A DNA stretch of 64,000 nt from Tetramitus jugosus. Its lineage: Eukaryota; Protista; Heterolobosea. The notes beneath the pieces were generated by a model, which saw nothing but the letters and a program-made list of their open reading frames with translations, was not told where the DNA came from and ran no database searches. Shown here piece after piece: positions 1-10,047 of the stretch; positions within the stretch are counted from its first letter, which is position 1, and every line of letters starts with the position of its first letter. A program made the position numbers and the translations under genes. The stretch spans positions 434,001-498,000 of the forward strand of contig OW569351.1 in NCBI GenBank assembly GCA_937625935.1, given 5' to 3'.

Positions 1-1
1 A

Positions 2-1585
2 GATGATGATATTGATCAGTTAAAAATGTTATGTGAGGAGTTAGATCGAACAAGATGGCTTCTGGAGGAAGACATAAGAGCATTTCAACAGGAGGCAAAG
101 AGTTCAGATCAGAGAGCTTCTGTTCTACATAGACAAAATGAAGAGCTCAAGAGACATTCTTCTGAACGAAATATGCAGATCGAAAAACTTCAAGCCTCAA
201 TTTCTGATTTGGACTCAAAAATTGATCAGTTGTCCAGCCAACTCGATGACAGTGAGATTAAATGTGCTCGCATTCAAGATTCTCACGACAATTTAGTAGC
301 AGAGAATGAAGAATACAAAAGGAATTCTCATGACTATCAAATCAAGCTTGAGAGGCAGATACAACAGATAAAGGACGGAGAAAGACAAATTGCTCAACTT
401 AAACACACAATTTCTCATTTGGAAGAACAGCATGAGTACATTAGCCAAGAAAACCGCCTCAACAAAGACGAAATTCACAATGTGTCGGATGATATGAAAC
501 GATTGAAAGAGGAGAACCAGTATCTGCATAGTCAAATTGCAAAAGTGTCTGCAGAGATTGAAGCTTCCAAGAAGCAGTGGGAGAACTCTGTCGCTGAAGG
601 AATAGATTTGAAGCATATCATATCAGCCAAAGACGAAGAGCTCGATCAACTGGTATCCTCATATCGGGAGATGAGTTCAGAATACAACAAAACCAAGGAT
701 AGTGTCTCTATTCTCGAGAGGGAGTGTTCTGATCTCAAACTTAAACTTAATCACAAAGACCAGGAGTTGCAGCATCTCGCAAATCGATTGCAAGAGATGG
801 AAGAGAGAGAACATCAGATGATTGTAGATTTAAATTCCTTCCATCACCAGAACGAGTTGCTATCAAACCAAAATGTATTTTATTCTGAACAAGGAAAAGA
901 GATCGAACAAGAGAAGGAAAATTTGATGCACGAAATCTCTCATCTGAAACACATGAACATTGAGACCGAAAAACTATTGGCTGAAGCTAAAACCGAATTG
1001 ATTCAAAAGAGGTTAGACTTAGAACATGTGACAGGTTTATTAACTGATCTAGAAGGTCAAAAATCGAAGATAGAGGACGAAAATAGACAGGAAAAGGGCC
1101 ATATCTTTGATATGGAGAAAAGAATGTCAGAACTGAGTGTTCAACTCCTATGTTCAACAACAGCCGAGAAGGAGAATAAGATGTTAATACAACAATTAAC
1201 TCAGAGACTGAGTGAACTAGAACAAACAAATGAAAGCTTGTCAATACAAGTCAAGAAGAATCGAACAATGGAGTTGCAGTTGCAGGAAAAAGCCATCCAA
1301 CTCGAAAACTCGAGGATAAAAGTGGAGGACTTGAACCAAAAGATTGAACAGCATATCGAATCTCATTTCAAACTATCCAAAGATATGGAAGCAATGAAAG
1401 CTAGTTTAATTCAAGCAGATGAACAAATTGACCAACTCCATCAAGAACTGAGCACTGAAAAATCAAGCAAAGATAGTTTGTTGCATGAGATTCAGGACCT
1501 TAAAGATGAATCGAAGCAACTCAAAACAATGTTGTCTGCAATGAGACAAGACAACCAACGACTTCAAGATTTGCTGCTCGAATAA
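2..1585 (+). CDS. Long coiled-coil protein, C-terminal part; probable Cep135/Bld10 (centriole/basal-body cartwheel) homologue, 5'-truncated by window edge
   Basis: Frame is open from position 2 to TAA at 1585 with a continuous heptad pattern. The segment DDMKRLKEENQ...E...E...ISAKDEE..QLV fits in register the Cep135 C-terminal pattern I recall (DDLATMARENQ...LMAAKEKENQDLL). Confidence 0.6.
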   Translation, partial: DDDIDQLKMLCEELDRTRWLLEEDIRAFQQEAKSSDQRASVLHRQNEELKRHSSERNMQIEKLQASISDLDSKIDQLSSQLDDSEIKCARIQDSHDNLVAENEEYKRNSHDYQIKLERQIQQIKDGERQIAQLKHTISHLEEQHEYISQENRLNKDEIHNVSDDMKRLKEENQYLHSQIAKVSAEIEASKKQWENSVAEGIDLKHIISAKDEELDQLVSSYREMSSEYNKTKDSVSILERECSDLKLKLNHKDQELQHLANRLQEMEEREHQMIVDLNSFHHQNELLSNQNVFYSEQGKEIEQEKENLMHEISHLKHMNIETEKLLAEAKTELIQKRLDLEHVTGLLTDLEGQKSKIEDENRQEKGHIFDMEKRMSELSVQLLCSTTAEKENKMLIQQLTQRLSELEQTNESLSIQVKKNRTMELQLQEKAIQLENSRIKVEDLNQKIEQHIESHFKLSKDMEAMKASLIQADEQIDQLHQELSTEKSSKDSLLHEIQDLKDESKQLKTMLSAMRQDNQRLQDLLLE

Positions 1586-1734
1586 ATCTATTCCATGATG
1601 CAATCAAGTTTGAACGGGTATTCTTCACAAATTCCCATCCTCAACATGAAGTTTCCAATTGGCACTAGGCCAAAAAACAGAACAAATCAAACCATAAAAA
1701 CTGATTGTTGTTCCAGAGACAGAGGAGAAAGAGC

Positions 1735-3369
1735 ATGACTAACCATACTCATGAGGATATCATCAGAAGGCGAAAAATGGTGAATCCGAATCACTTGCAC
1801 AGATCCTCCACAACAACAACAACAACAACAACAACAACAGTGATGCGCAACAGTGATGACGGCAATCATGATGATGAAAATTCACTCAATCTCATGTATG
1901 ACAATAACAACAACAGTATGAATCATAATCATGCATCACCAATGGTGATGATACTTGATTCATTGAGCAATGATGTCATACAGGAGATTATGAGCTTTCT
2001 GACCTATCAAGAACTACTTCTCTGTGCATCGTTTGTCAACAAGAGATGGTTTGGATTGGCGTCGAGTGATCACTTGTGGACACATCATTTGGATTACGAA
2101 CGAAATCGATTGTCGCCGTTCACACTACGGAAACGCAAGGAAATTTCAGATCAGAAACAACAACGAAAATTATTATTACAACAACGACAACAACAACGAC
2201 AATTACAAGTGCACACCAAATCAAGCAGTGGTGATATCTATAGAGCAAGAGAAAATGATGATGATTACTTGGCGATTAGAGGACGAGATCATGATGAGTC
2301 GTCTACATCATGGAATCAGCAGAGTCAGAATGATGTTGATGAATATCACTATGGAAATCATCGGATGCATAACGGTAGTAGTAGTAGTAGTAACAGCTCG
2401 AGTAGTGCAAAAAAAGACTTTTTACACTTGCTAAAGATGAATGCGAGCGACCGGAGCATCAAGCGCAAAATTTTGCAGGTCATGACTGCGAAGCGAGTGT
2501 TTCAGAAATCGTATGGCATCGTGTTACCAGTGTTGTTCTTTGTTGGACTGTCCTTGAGCTCTCTCATGTTTCCATTTGGTGAAGGATTGATATCGTGGTA
2601 TATGCCGTTCCTGTTCCTGTCTCTGCCCAGTTATCTACTGATATTGCTGTCCGTGTTTATCGATCCATTCTTGCTCAGTTATATTAAAGATCAGTATCAT
2701 CATGTGTTAGGCACGCAGTTGCACTCAGTGGGAGATTTTGAAACGGTCAAGAGCATGAATCTGCTAGTGTGGTCTCTGAGTTGGATACCGACATCGTTGT
2801 TGTGCATCTTTCTGAGAGGCAGGTTCTGGCCCAGCGCAACATACAGTGTCTCTCTTAGTCCCATATTTGCCATGTGTAGTGTATTGCTGCTGGTACCTCC
2901 CATGATTTGGTTCAATCGATACAAGAGAGGTATCCTGAATTTTCAGCAAAACATCTCCGTGTTCATCGTGTACTGTTTGTGTGCTGTCATCAGTTTGTTT
3001 ATTGTGGTTCAATTCGGCCTCATATCTGGAAAGCTCGACGGAACGATCGATTACACCTGGGGTAGCATATTCATTCCCATCTGGCTCATGTTAACAGTCA
3101 TTATCCATCTGTGTCCCATTACTTGCTTCTTGAGTGTTAGAGGCAACAGTGAATTTTTTGCCGGGTTGAGTTTCGGTAGTTGTATCATGTGCATTGGTGT
3201 TCTGCCACTGACAATCTTCATGATACTCCTATCGCTCAAACTTGACAACAAGATACACTTACAATGGTTTCACTTGTTCCTTCCATTGTATGTCTTTGAA
3301 ATTGTCTTGCTGCTATTGTTGCTCGTGTTTGGATTACCAGGCATCCAAGAAGGACTACCAGATATATAA
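1735..3369 (+). CDS. F-box protein with C-terminal multi-pass TMEM185/TMEM203-like membrane domain
   Basis: First in-frame ATG is at 1735. F-box LDSLSNDVIQEIMSFL...VNKRW...SDHLW. About 8 hydrophobic helices, with the motif repeated as KLDGTIDYTWGSIFIPIW and LKLDNKIHLQWFHLFLPLY. Confidence 0.8.
   Translation: MTNHTHEDIIRRRKMVNPNHLHRSSTTTTTTTTTTVMRNSDDGNHDDENSLNLMYDNNNNSMNHNHASPMVMILDSLSNDVIQEIMSFLTYQELLLCASFVNKRWFGLASSDHLWTHHLDYERNRLSPFTLRKRKEISDQKQQRKLLLQQRQQQRQLQVHTKSSSGDIYRARENDDDYLAIRGRDHDESSTSWNQQSQNDVDEYHYGNHRMHNGSSSSSNSSSSAKKDFLHLLKMNASDRSIKRKILQVMTAKRVFQKSYGIVLPVLFFVGLSLSSLMFPFGEGLISWYMPFLFLSLPSYLLILLSVFIDPFLLSYIKDQYHHVLGTQLHSVGDFETVKSMNLLVWSLSWIPTSLLCIFLRGRFWPSATYSVSLSPIFAMCSVLLLVPPMIWFNRYKRGILNFQQNISVFIVYCLCAVISLFIVVQFGLISGKLDGTIDYTWGSIFIPIWLMLTVIIHLCPITCFLSVRGNSEFFAGLSFGSCIMCIGVLPLTIFMILLSLKLDNKIHLQWFHLFLPLYVFEIVLLLLLLVFGLPGIQEGLPDI
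1810..1839 (+). repeat. (ACA)n trinucleotide microsatellite encoding poly-Thr
   Basis: About 10 perfect ACA units in frame. Similar CAA/ACA/CAT tracts occur in many ORFs of the window. Confidence 0.9.
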
Positions 3370-3516
3370 ACAGAACAAAAAGAAAGATTCTCCTTTCGAA
3401 CATGACCTCTTTTATCCACACGTGAGCAACAATAGCAGCAAGAATAATCATGTGTGACACAACAACAAACAAATCAGTTCTCCTTGTTGAGAACAAAAGA
3501 CACAGATTGCAAAAAA

Positions 3517-5148
3517 ATGAACCAACAACAAAAGAGGCGAAAAAGAAATGAAGATCAAACGAGAATACTAGACGAGAAACGAGATAGCACAACAAGTCTA
3601 CTCGTGGGAGGTGAACCATACCACATGAACCGTATCATAGCTTCTAATGAAGATGACGAAGATGATGCACAACAACAAATTGTTTTGTCTTCACCTTCTT
3701 CTCCATCTTCATTGTCACCACAGCTCCCTGTTGTTCGGTTGTATCACTATCGTTGGTTTCAATTGTTCATGTTTAGCTTATTGTCGTTCAGTAACGCTTG
3801 GATTTGGATTTCTTTGGCGCCAGTCGCGACTCTTGTTCAGAAATTTTATGGAATTGAGAGCTTTTTGGTCAACTTGCTCAGCACAATCTACATGTTTGTG
3901 TTTATACCGGGAAATCCTGTTTGTGGAGTCATTTTGGAGCGATTTGGCTTACGTGTGACTTTGTTGGCAGGGGCTTCGTTGAACATGTTGGGTAGCTGGA
4001 TTAGAGTCGCCGGAAGCAATCAACACAATTATTATGCTGTGTTGTTTGTGGGTCAGTGCTTGTGTGCTGCAGCTCAGTGCTTCATTTTGCATATACCGCC
4101 ATTGTTGGCTGCTTTTTGGTTCAGTCCTAGTGAGCGATCATTGGCAACGAGCATTGGTGCCGTGTGTAATCAGTTGGGTATAGCTGTGGGATTTTTGGTG
4201 ACGACTCTGTTGGTGAATGAAAGCAATTATCGAAGTCAGTTGGCCATTGTTGCCTGTATTTGTGCCGCAGTGTCAACAGTGTCCGGCGTGTTACTGCTGC
4301 TGTTCTTCAAGGAGAAACCACTGTTACCACCGTCCATTAGTCAGATCCAATCTCCTGTTGCCATCTCAAAGAATAATGGCCATTCACGAGACCAAGAAGA
4401 AGGATATGTAGCGCCGAAATGGTACGAGAACAACTCATTCGTATCTGTATTGATCAGTACAAAGAAAATATTTACCAATGTTCATTATTTGAATCTGGTA
4501 ATTGGATTTGGAGTGTCACAAGGTTGTTACTATGCCTTGAGTACATTGTTAGATCAACTTGTAGAGCCGTTCAATTATGGCACGAGTGTCGCTGGAACAC
4601 TCGGCTTTATATTAACGATTGCAGGCATTTTCGGTGCTCTCGTCTCAGGTTTCATTGCAGACAAGACACACTACCATCGAGCGCTGCTGCGAATTTGCTT
4701 TGTCATGGCAGCTCTTTCTATCGTTGGTTATACGGTATTGCTGCAGAGGCCTGGTATGTTCTATCCGTTGTGTGTTGTGAGTGGGCTATTTGGATTCTTT
4801 ATTACGAGTTTATTGCCTCTGTCATTCGAGTTGGGAGTCGAGTGTACGTTCGATCCAAATGCGTCATCTGATCTCGAAGCTTTGACTGGCGGATTTCTCA
4901 TGATAGCGGCACAAGTGTTTGGCATTGCATTTACATTTGCAATGGATGCGCTGACTCGCAGAGGATACATACGGATAGCAGAGTGGATCGTCGCAGGTGT
5001 TTTGTGTGGTAGTGCTCTGTTGGTTGCAGTTGGATTCCATGGACGGTTGAAACGGCTAGAGTATGAACGTATTCAATCTTGTGATGATCTGGTGGAAACC
5101 GTGGATTCAACCACACCAACCACACCGCAACAACAAGCTGATGAATGA
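3517..5148 (+). CDS. MFS transporter, FLVCR/SLC49 family
   Basis: First in-frame ATG at 3517. Motifs LYHYRWFQLFMFSLLSFSNAWIWIS, GQCLCAAAQCFIL..PPLLAAFWFSPSERSLAT and LPLSFELGVECTF; about 12 TM helices. Confidence 0.9.
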   Translation: MNQQQKRRKRNEDQTRILDEKRDSTTSLLVGGEPYHMNRIIASNEDDEDDAQQQIVLSSPSSPSSLSPQLPVVRLYHYRWFQLFMFSLLSFSNAWIWISLAPVATLVQKFYGIESFLVNLLSTIYMFVFIPGNPVCGVILERFGLRVTLLAGASLNMLGSWIRVAGSNQHNYYAVLFVGQCLCAAAQCFILHIPPLLAAFWFSPSERSLATSIGAVCNQLGIAVGFLVTTLLVNESNYRSQLAIVACICAAVSTVSGVLLLLFFKEKPLLPPSISQIQSPVAISKNNGHSRDQEEGYVAPKWYENNSFVSVLISTKKIFTNVHYLNLVIGFGVSQGCYYALSTLLDQLVEPFNYGTSVAGTLGFILTIAGIFGALVSGFIADKTHYHRALLRICFVMAALSIVGYTVLLQRPGMFYPLCVVSGLFGFFITSLLPLSFELGVECTFDPNASSDLEALTGGFLMIAAQVFGIAFTFAMDALTRRGYIRIAEWIVAGVLCGSALLVAVGFHGRLKRLEYERIQSCDDLVETVDSTTPTTPQQQADE

Positions 5149-5200
5149 AGGAACGATTGATTGTAGATTTTTTTGGCAAACGTTTTTATTTATGAAGCGT

Positions 5201-5416
5201 TTATTTACCTCGACACTTTCGACATTCCTTCTTGTCATGCTCCCAGGCCTCATAATCTTGACATTGGGCACCTGTTTGGTTGATCGCATGCTGTTTCTCT
5301 TCTGCATCATTCACATAGTGATGTGTTCGGATCCATTCTTGATATTCGCTGGGACACATCAACTTGTGCTCATTTAACTCTTTGTCAGACAGATCATTGA
5401 AATTCTTCTTGTCCAT
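5201..5416 (-). CDS. Small hypothetical protein (71 aa, 4 Cys)
   Basis: ATG at 5416 preceded by A-rich sequence, TAA at 5201, AATAAA-like signal just downstream. It fills the gap between two genes; no family recognised. Confidence 0.5.
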   Translation of the reverse strand: MDKKNFNDLSDKELNEHKLMCPSEYQEWIRTHHYVNDAEEKQHAINQTGAQCQDYEAWEHDKKECRKCRGK

Positions 5417-5533
5417 TGTTTCTTTCTTCTTCACAGATGAGAAACAATCTGCGAACGACGCTAAAGAAAAACTCTTGATCGACACGTTGTATTGTCCCAA
5501 AATACATCAGAGCTTTACTCCGCAACATGACAT

Positions 5534-7177
5534 CTACAAAGGAAAAGGTTGATTCGAATTAGATTCATATTTGTTCCTCGGATTGTTGCCTCGATGGAAC
5601 ACGACCAATATGATGACTACGGAAACGAAAATGAAACCAATCGCTAAGAGAAGCAACACGACACCCAGGATGATATACTTTGTATGATTAGGTGCTTGTT
5701 TCGTGCATGGAGCGAGAACTTCATTAGATGTACACTCGGTGCCAGTCAACTGAAAATGTTGTTCATACTCAGCTGTGTTCTGGAAGGATACACCTAGAAA
5801 AGGGTGACTCATTCCCAAGTAGAGACGAGTGTCGTTCTCTAAATGAATTCCCAAATTTTCGATTCGATGAGCTCCATAATTCACGATCTCGCTCGTTTGT
5901 TCCACTTTCTTGGTGGGGTATTGAAATTTGTATGTGCAAGAGGATCGAGTACACTCTCCGAACACTAAGGTTTGACCTATACTGTACTGAAGAATTAGTT
6001 TTCCATCTCTTCGGAATGCTACTTGAGGTTCCTGGACATTGAATGTTCGTGGGGGATTGATCGAGTCTACATTATTGAATTCGAGTGCAACATAATCCAC
6101 AACATAAGATGAACACACTGCTTGAATGGAACACCATGAGAGTACCACCTGTAGTAAGTCTAATGAAGGAATATCCTGAAGCTCAGCAATCCTAAAGTAG
6201 GCTACAACAACTTCATTGCTTTTAGAGACCGCAACACTACCAACCAGTCCCCTGCCATCCAATATAGTTGAGCTACAATGAAGCTGATCGTCACAAATGC
6301 TTAAAGTTAATTCCTGAAGTAATTTTACATTATTGTTCGGTTGAGCAACAGCCCCATTCTCCCAAAATCCGATAGTAGACAGTATCAAGTACTTCTTGAG
6401 GCCGTGAGAGTACTCAACTGACAAATAAGGAATATTCTGTTCTCTCCACACAACGTTCATATATTCACCCGTTTGATAGAGGATACTACTTTGAGGTATC
6501 TCATGAGTCAACAGGACCGATCGTTGTTTCTCCTTGAAACCAACGGAATCCATACTTTGGAATACCAAATCCATGCTCACTTGATTCCTATCACCATCAA
6601 GTTTTGTTCCGATGAATACTAGCTGCCGTGTCGTTGAATTGTTATGATGAGGCAGCAACCTTATTGTCCTTCTTCCTACCAAGTAATCCTTGGCAAAGAT
6701 TCTGGATGACTCCAATCTTAGTTTAATGGCTCCCTTGCTCCTCTCATCCAATAGAGTGTACAAGTGGAGCATTGATTGTCCATTTGTAGAATGAACTACA
6801 TCTGAAAGTAACGCAACTTGATAGTGGTCGTCCTTTGAAACTAGGGAAACTTGACTGGGTCGACTAAAACAACCCAAAGAGACCTCATGAGTCTGGTTCA
6901 GGAAAATGGAGTAGTTTCCCGTGTCCACTTCTTGAAACAACAAGAGATTAACAGTACCAAAGTTAGTTTCATTGCCATAGAAAACATTCTGGCAAGACAA
7001 CATTGGTGATATGGACTCGTTGCTTGAAGAAATCAAGAACCTCGATAAACGAGATGGAGATTCCTGACTCAACGGGTGTAATCGAGCAACATTGGTGAGC
7101 TGTAGTGACCAATCAACACAAATTGAAAGAACTACCAAAAGTGTGAGTGCCCAAGGTAGGAATAGAGCTTGAACCAT
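5534..7177 (-). CDS. Type I single-pass membrane glycoprotein, unknown family
   Basis: ATG at 7177 followed by a signal peptide (LFLPWALTLLVVLSIC), a beta-rich ectodomain with N-glycosylation sequons, and a C-terminal TM helix (YIILGVVLLLLAIGFIFVSVVIILVVF) with a short tail. Confidence 0.75.
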   Translation of the reverse strand: MVQALFLPWALTLLVVLSICVDWSLQLTNVARLHPLSQESPSRLSRFLISSSNESISPMLSCQNVFYGNETNFGTVNLLLFQEVDTGNYSIFLNQTHEVSLGCFSRPSQVSLVSKDDHYQVALLSDVVHSTNGQSMLHLYTLLDERSKGAIKLRLESSRIFAKDYLVGRRTIRLLPHHNNSTTRQLVFIGTKLDGDRNQVSMDLVFQSMDSVGFKEKQRSVLLTHEIPQSSILYQTGEYMNVVWREQNIPYLSVEYSHGLKKYLILSTIGFWENGAVAQPNNNVKLLQELTLSICDDQLHCSSTILDGRGLVGSVAVSKSNEVVVAYFRIAELQDIPSLDLLQVVLSWCSIQAVCSSYVVDYVALEFNNVDSINPPRTFNVQEPQVAFRRDGKLILQYSIGQTLVFGECTRSSCTYKFQYPTKKVEQTSEIVNYGAHRIENLGIHLENDTRLYLGMSHPFLGVSFQNTAEYEQHFQLTGTECTSNEVLAPCTKQAPNHTKYIILGVVLLLLAIGFIFVSVVIILVVFHRGNNPRNKYESNSNQPFPL

Positions 7178-7490
7178 TTGAAAAAATAAAGAGCTGCTCG
7201 AACGTTTCTGTGATTTACAGTTCTCACAGTTATTCCGCGAGAGGTTCAATTTCCCAAATGAGATATTTGGAAGTCATTTGACGTTTCATTTTTCATGAAA
7301 CGGCTGATGTCATGTCGGAACTTATCTGAATCAAATATTCTCAAGGCGAGGTTGTCGCACAATTCGCGTTCTATTGTTGTATTTACGTTGGTCAGAATCA
7401 ATTATGATGCGAGTCCAATCATGGATCTAACTCAACTACCAACAAATCAACAACTTCCCAAAGTAACTACTTTTTCTTGCTACTCTGAAC

Positions 7491-8945
7491 ATGTTCTTGA
7501 AACGTAGATTGAGCAGTGTTTTCAGGCAATTGAAGCAAAACACTTTACCAGCTCCCATTTGGGACCGAGACATACCGGAACATTGGATCGGACTGGAATG
7601 TGAACTCAAGGAATTCATCTTGAGTCTCTCCGGCACTGCCAACAGTTTTCTGTTGAGTAAGGATCGTTGTCAAACTGACCCGTTTGGTCAACCGTTTCAA
7701 TTCGACATGAAAAACGATAAAAATCTTCAGTTGATTCGTTGTATGCTGGAAGCAGATCCCAGAATTGAACAAAGACAACGAGAACTCGTTCCTGACACTG
7801 TAGATGAAGAATCTTTTTGGAGGAGTTACTTTTATCTGGTTCAGGTGATCAAGAACGCCAAACGTGTACATTTGCTGCCACAGTTGTTGGCTAGCCTTCA
7901 ACTGCAAGCAGCAAAATCAACAACAGCAATGAGTGACGCAATTGCACTGGTGTCTGGAGGAGGACAGACAACGCAGACTGCAGCGACGACACCCATGGAT
8001 GACGACGGTGATGATGCAGCCGAAGCACGAAGCCACTACTCTGCAGGCAGCGACTTTAGGAGCCCTCTGAACACTCCTACCACATCTCCTACGACGAGCA
8101 CTTGCTCCACAGGTTCATGCTTGTCCACGGCTAGTTCTTCATCCGATGTCGAACAACTGTCACATACAAAGAGAAAACGAAAATCCACGCGTGGTGCGAG
8201 ACAAAGGAATGACACGCAATGGACTGACACGATGATCCCTGGTCGAAAGAAGAGAAGAAAGAGAGCACAAGCGATGAAGCGTATCAAGAGCTCTGACAGA
8301 TTGACAACATATATTCCAGAGTTGTTGAATGCCAATCGATCAGACAAATCCTTCACGACGACGATGCAGCGGTGTCTGCTGTGTCGTCAGTTGCCTCCAA
8401 GACTGCGATTAGAGTCGTGGGTACTGCTCTATAGTACGAGAGAGCACGGAACGTCGATGAGGACGTTGCTTTCACAGTGCAGCTCAATGGGAGAGGTTCT
8501 CCTCTTTGTTCAAACAGTTCATGGAGTCATAATGGGAGCCTTCATCTCCGAAGAGTTGCTATCGGAGAGTCACTACTATGGCAATGGCGAGTGCTTTGTG
8601 TTTACCTTTTCAGATGCCAAGGGTCACTCGAAGGTGCATTCCTTCAAGTGGAGCAAGAGAAACTGTTGCTTCACCAGGAGCACTGAACACGGTGGTATTT
8701 CAGTCGGAGGTGACGATGAGGGAAGGTGCAGCTTGAGGGTAGAGTCAGATTTACTACATGGATATTCCCAACCATGTGACACCTATAACAACAGTTGCCT
8801 GAACACACTTAATCATAAGCTTATGACAGAGGAGCACTATGACAATGAGAATGAACACTTTGACATCTTGAATGTGGAAGTCTGGGGATTTCAACAACCA
8901 AAGAAGGCACCAACAAAAGTAACGAGTCCATTTCATCCAATGTAG
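7491..8945 (+). CDS. BSD-domain + TLDc-domain protein (OXR1/NCOA7-like)
   Basis: BSD motif DPRIEQRQRELVPDTVDEESFWRSYFY. TLDc motifs WVLLYSTREHGTS, MGAF, YYGNGECFVF, ISVGG and FDILNVEVWGF. Confidence 0.88.
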   Translation: MFLKRRLSSVFRQLKQNTLPAPIWDRDIPEHWIGLECELKEFILSLSGTANSFLLSKDRCQTDPFGQPFQFDMKNDKNLQLIRCMLEADPRIEQRQRELVPDTVDEESFWRSYFYLVQVIKNAKRVHLLPQLLASLQLQAAKSTTAMSDAIALVSGGGQTTQTAATTPMDDDGDDAAEARSHYSAGSDFRSPLNTPTTSPTTSTCSTGSCLSTASSSSDVEQLSHTKRKRKSTRGARQRNDTQWTDTMIPGRKKRRKRAQAMKRIKSSDRLTTYIPELLNANRSDKSFTTTMQRCLLCRQLPPRLRLESWVLLYSTREHGTSMRTLLSQCSSMGEVLLFVQTVHGVIMGAFISEELLSESHYYGNGECFVFTFSDAKGHSKVHSFKWSKRNCCFTRSTEHGGISVGGDDEGRCSLRVESDLLHGYSQPCDTYNNSCLNTLNHKLMTEEHYDNENEHFDILNVEVWGFQQPKKAPTKVTSPFHPM

Positions 8946-9050
8946 CGATACCTGGAAATCGTCATTCCTGCTTCAAAATTCTTGGTTGTATTTTTCTCCG
9001 ATCTAGGCGGGAGAAAACTTGACCGTTACCGAAATCTGAGTCTGAGGGGA

Positions 9051-9944
9051 ATGACAAACACAAAACAGAAGTTCGTATTGCAACCCGAAACACAGCGAAT
9101 AAAGATGATGAGTATCGTTGCCTGTTCACATTTGGAAGAAGCAACTTCGAGCCAACCTCTATGCACCACACCAGTCGTCAGTAGAAAGAACAACAATAAG
9201 CGAAGAAGAAGAAAAGCAGGAAAGTCTGTGGATCCAAGTCTGCTTGGTACTCCCACCACTCCCACTACACCAACAACTCCAGTGACACCTTTGACTGATC
9301 CGACTCCATGTCACAAGAAACCATGTATCAAGTACACTCCTGTGCAGAACAAGTCTTGGAGCCGTGTTCAGCAGATGAACACTATGGTTTCGACGCCCGA
9401 AGAGCCCGAGGTACGACATGATGTTGTTTCCCACTCTCCAATCGAGTTGTCAACAATTCAAGATGATTCAATTCATTTGACACCAAAGAAGGATGAACCT
9501 TGCTTGGTGGAGCAAGAAACTGGATTCCTGTCTCCAAATATGAAAGTTCTCACTTCCCCTAATCCATTCACTCCGAGATCAATCAGACGAAACACAATAA
9601 AGACTGAAGAGCTAACTGTGCAGCTCTTTGAATCAGATGATGAGGAAGAAGAAGTAGATCTAGAGGATGAAGAAGACTCAACAAAGGTGCAGAGTGTCGT
9701 GCCCGAAGCACCAATTCCAGAGGTACGGCGAAGAAAGATGCGAACAACAGTGGTGCTGGAAGATGAAGAAGTAACTGCCAACACGGTCGATAAGGAAGTT
9801 ACACACGAAAGTAAGTCGATTGGTGACGATGAAGCGAACAAGGAAAACTTTGCCGATCCAAATAACTTTGGTGACGAGCTGATCCAGGAAACAAAGATTG
9901 TTTCGCGAAAGTCAAGAAGCAACCGTAGACAACGAAGAAATTAA
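9051..9944 (+). CDS. Hypothetical disordered S/T-P-rich protein with KEN motif
   Basis: First ATG at 9051 (alternative 9105). Many TP/SP sites, basic NLS-like stretches, an acidic tract, and ANKENF near the C-terminus. Confidence 0.65.
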   Translation: MTNTKQKFVLQPETQRIKMMSIVACSHLEEATSSQPLCTTPVVSRKNNNKRRRRKAGKSVDPSLLGTPTTPTTPTTPVTPLTDPTPCHKKPCIKYTPVQNKSWSRVQQMNTMVSTPEEPEVRHDVVSHSPIELSTIQDDSIHLTPKKDEPCLVEQETGFLSPNMKVLTSPNPFTPRSIRRNTIKTEELTVQLFESDDEEEEVDLEDEEDSTKVQSVVPEAPIPEVRRRKMRTTVVLEDEEVTANTVDKEVTHESKSIGDDEANKENFADPNNFGDELIQETKIVSRKSRSNRRQRRN

Positions 9945-10047
9945 GATTTTCTTCCCAAAGTCTTGTAAATACACACCAACTTCTGTTTTGATAAATTAAT
10001 AACGTTTTACTTTCAAGATAAAAAAATGGGAAGAGAATATCATTTCC

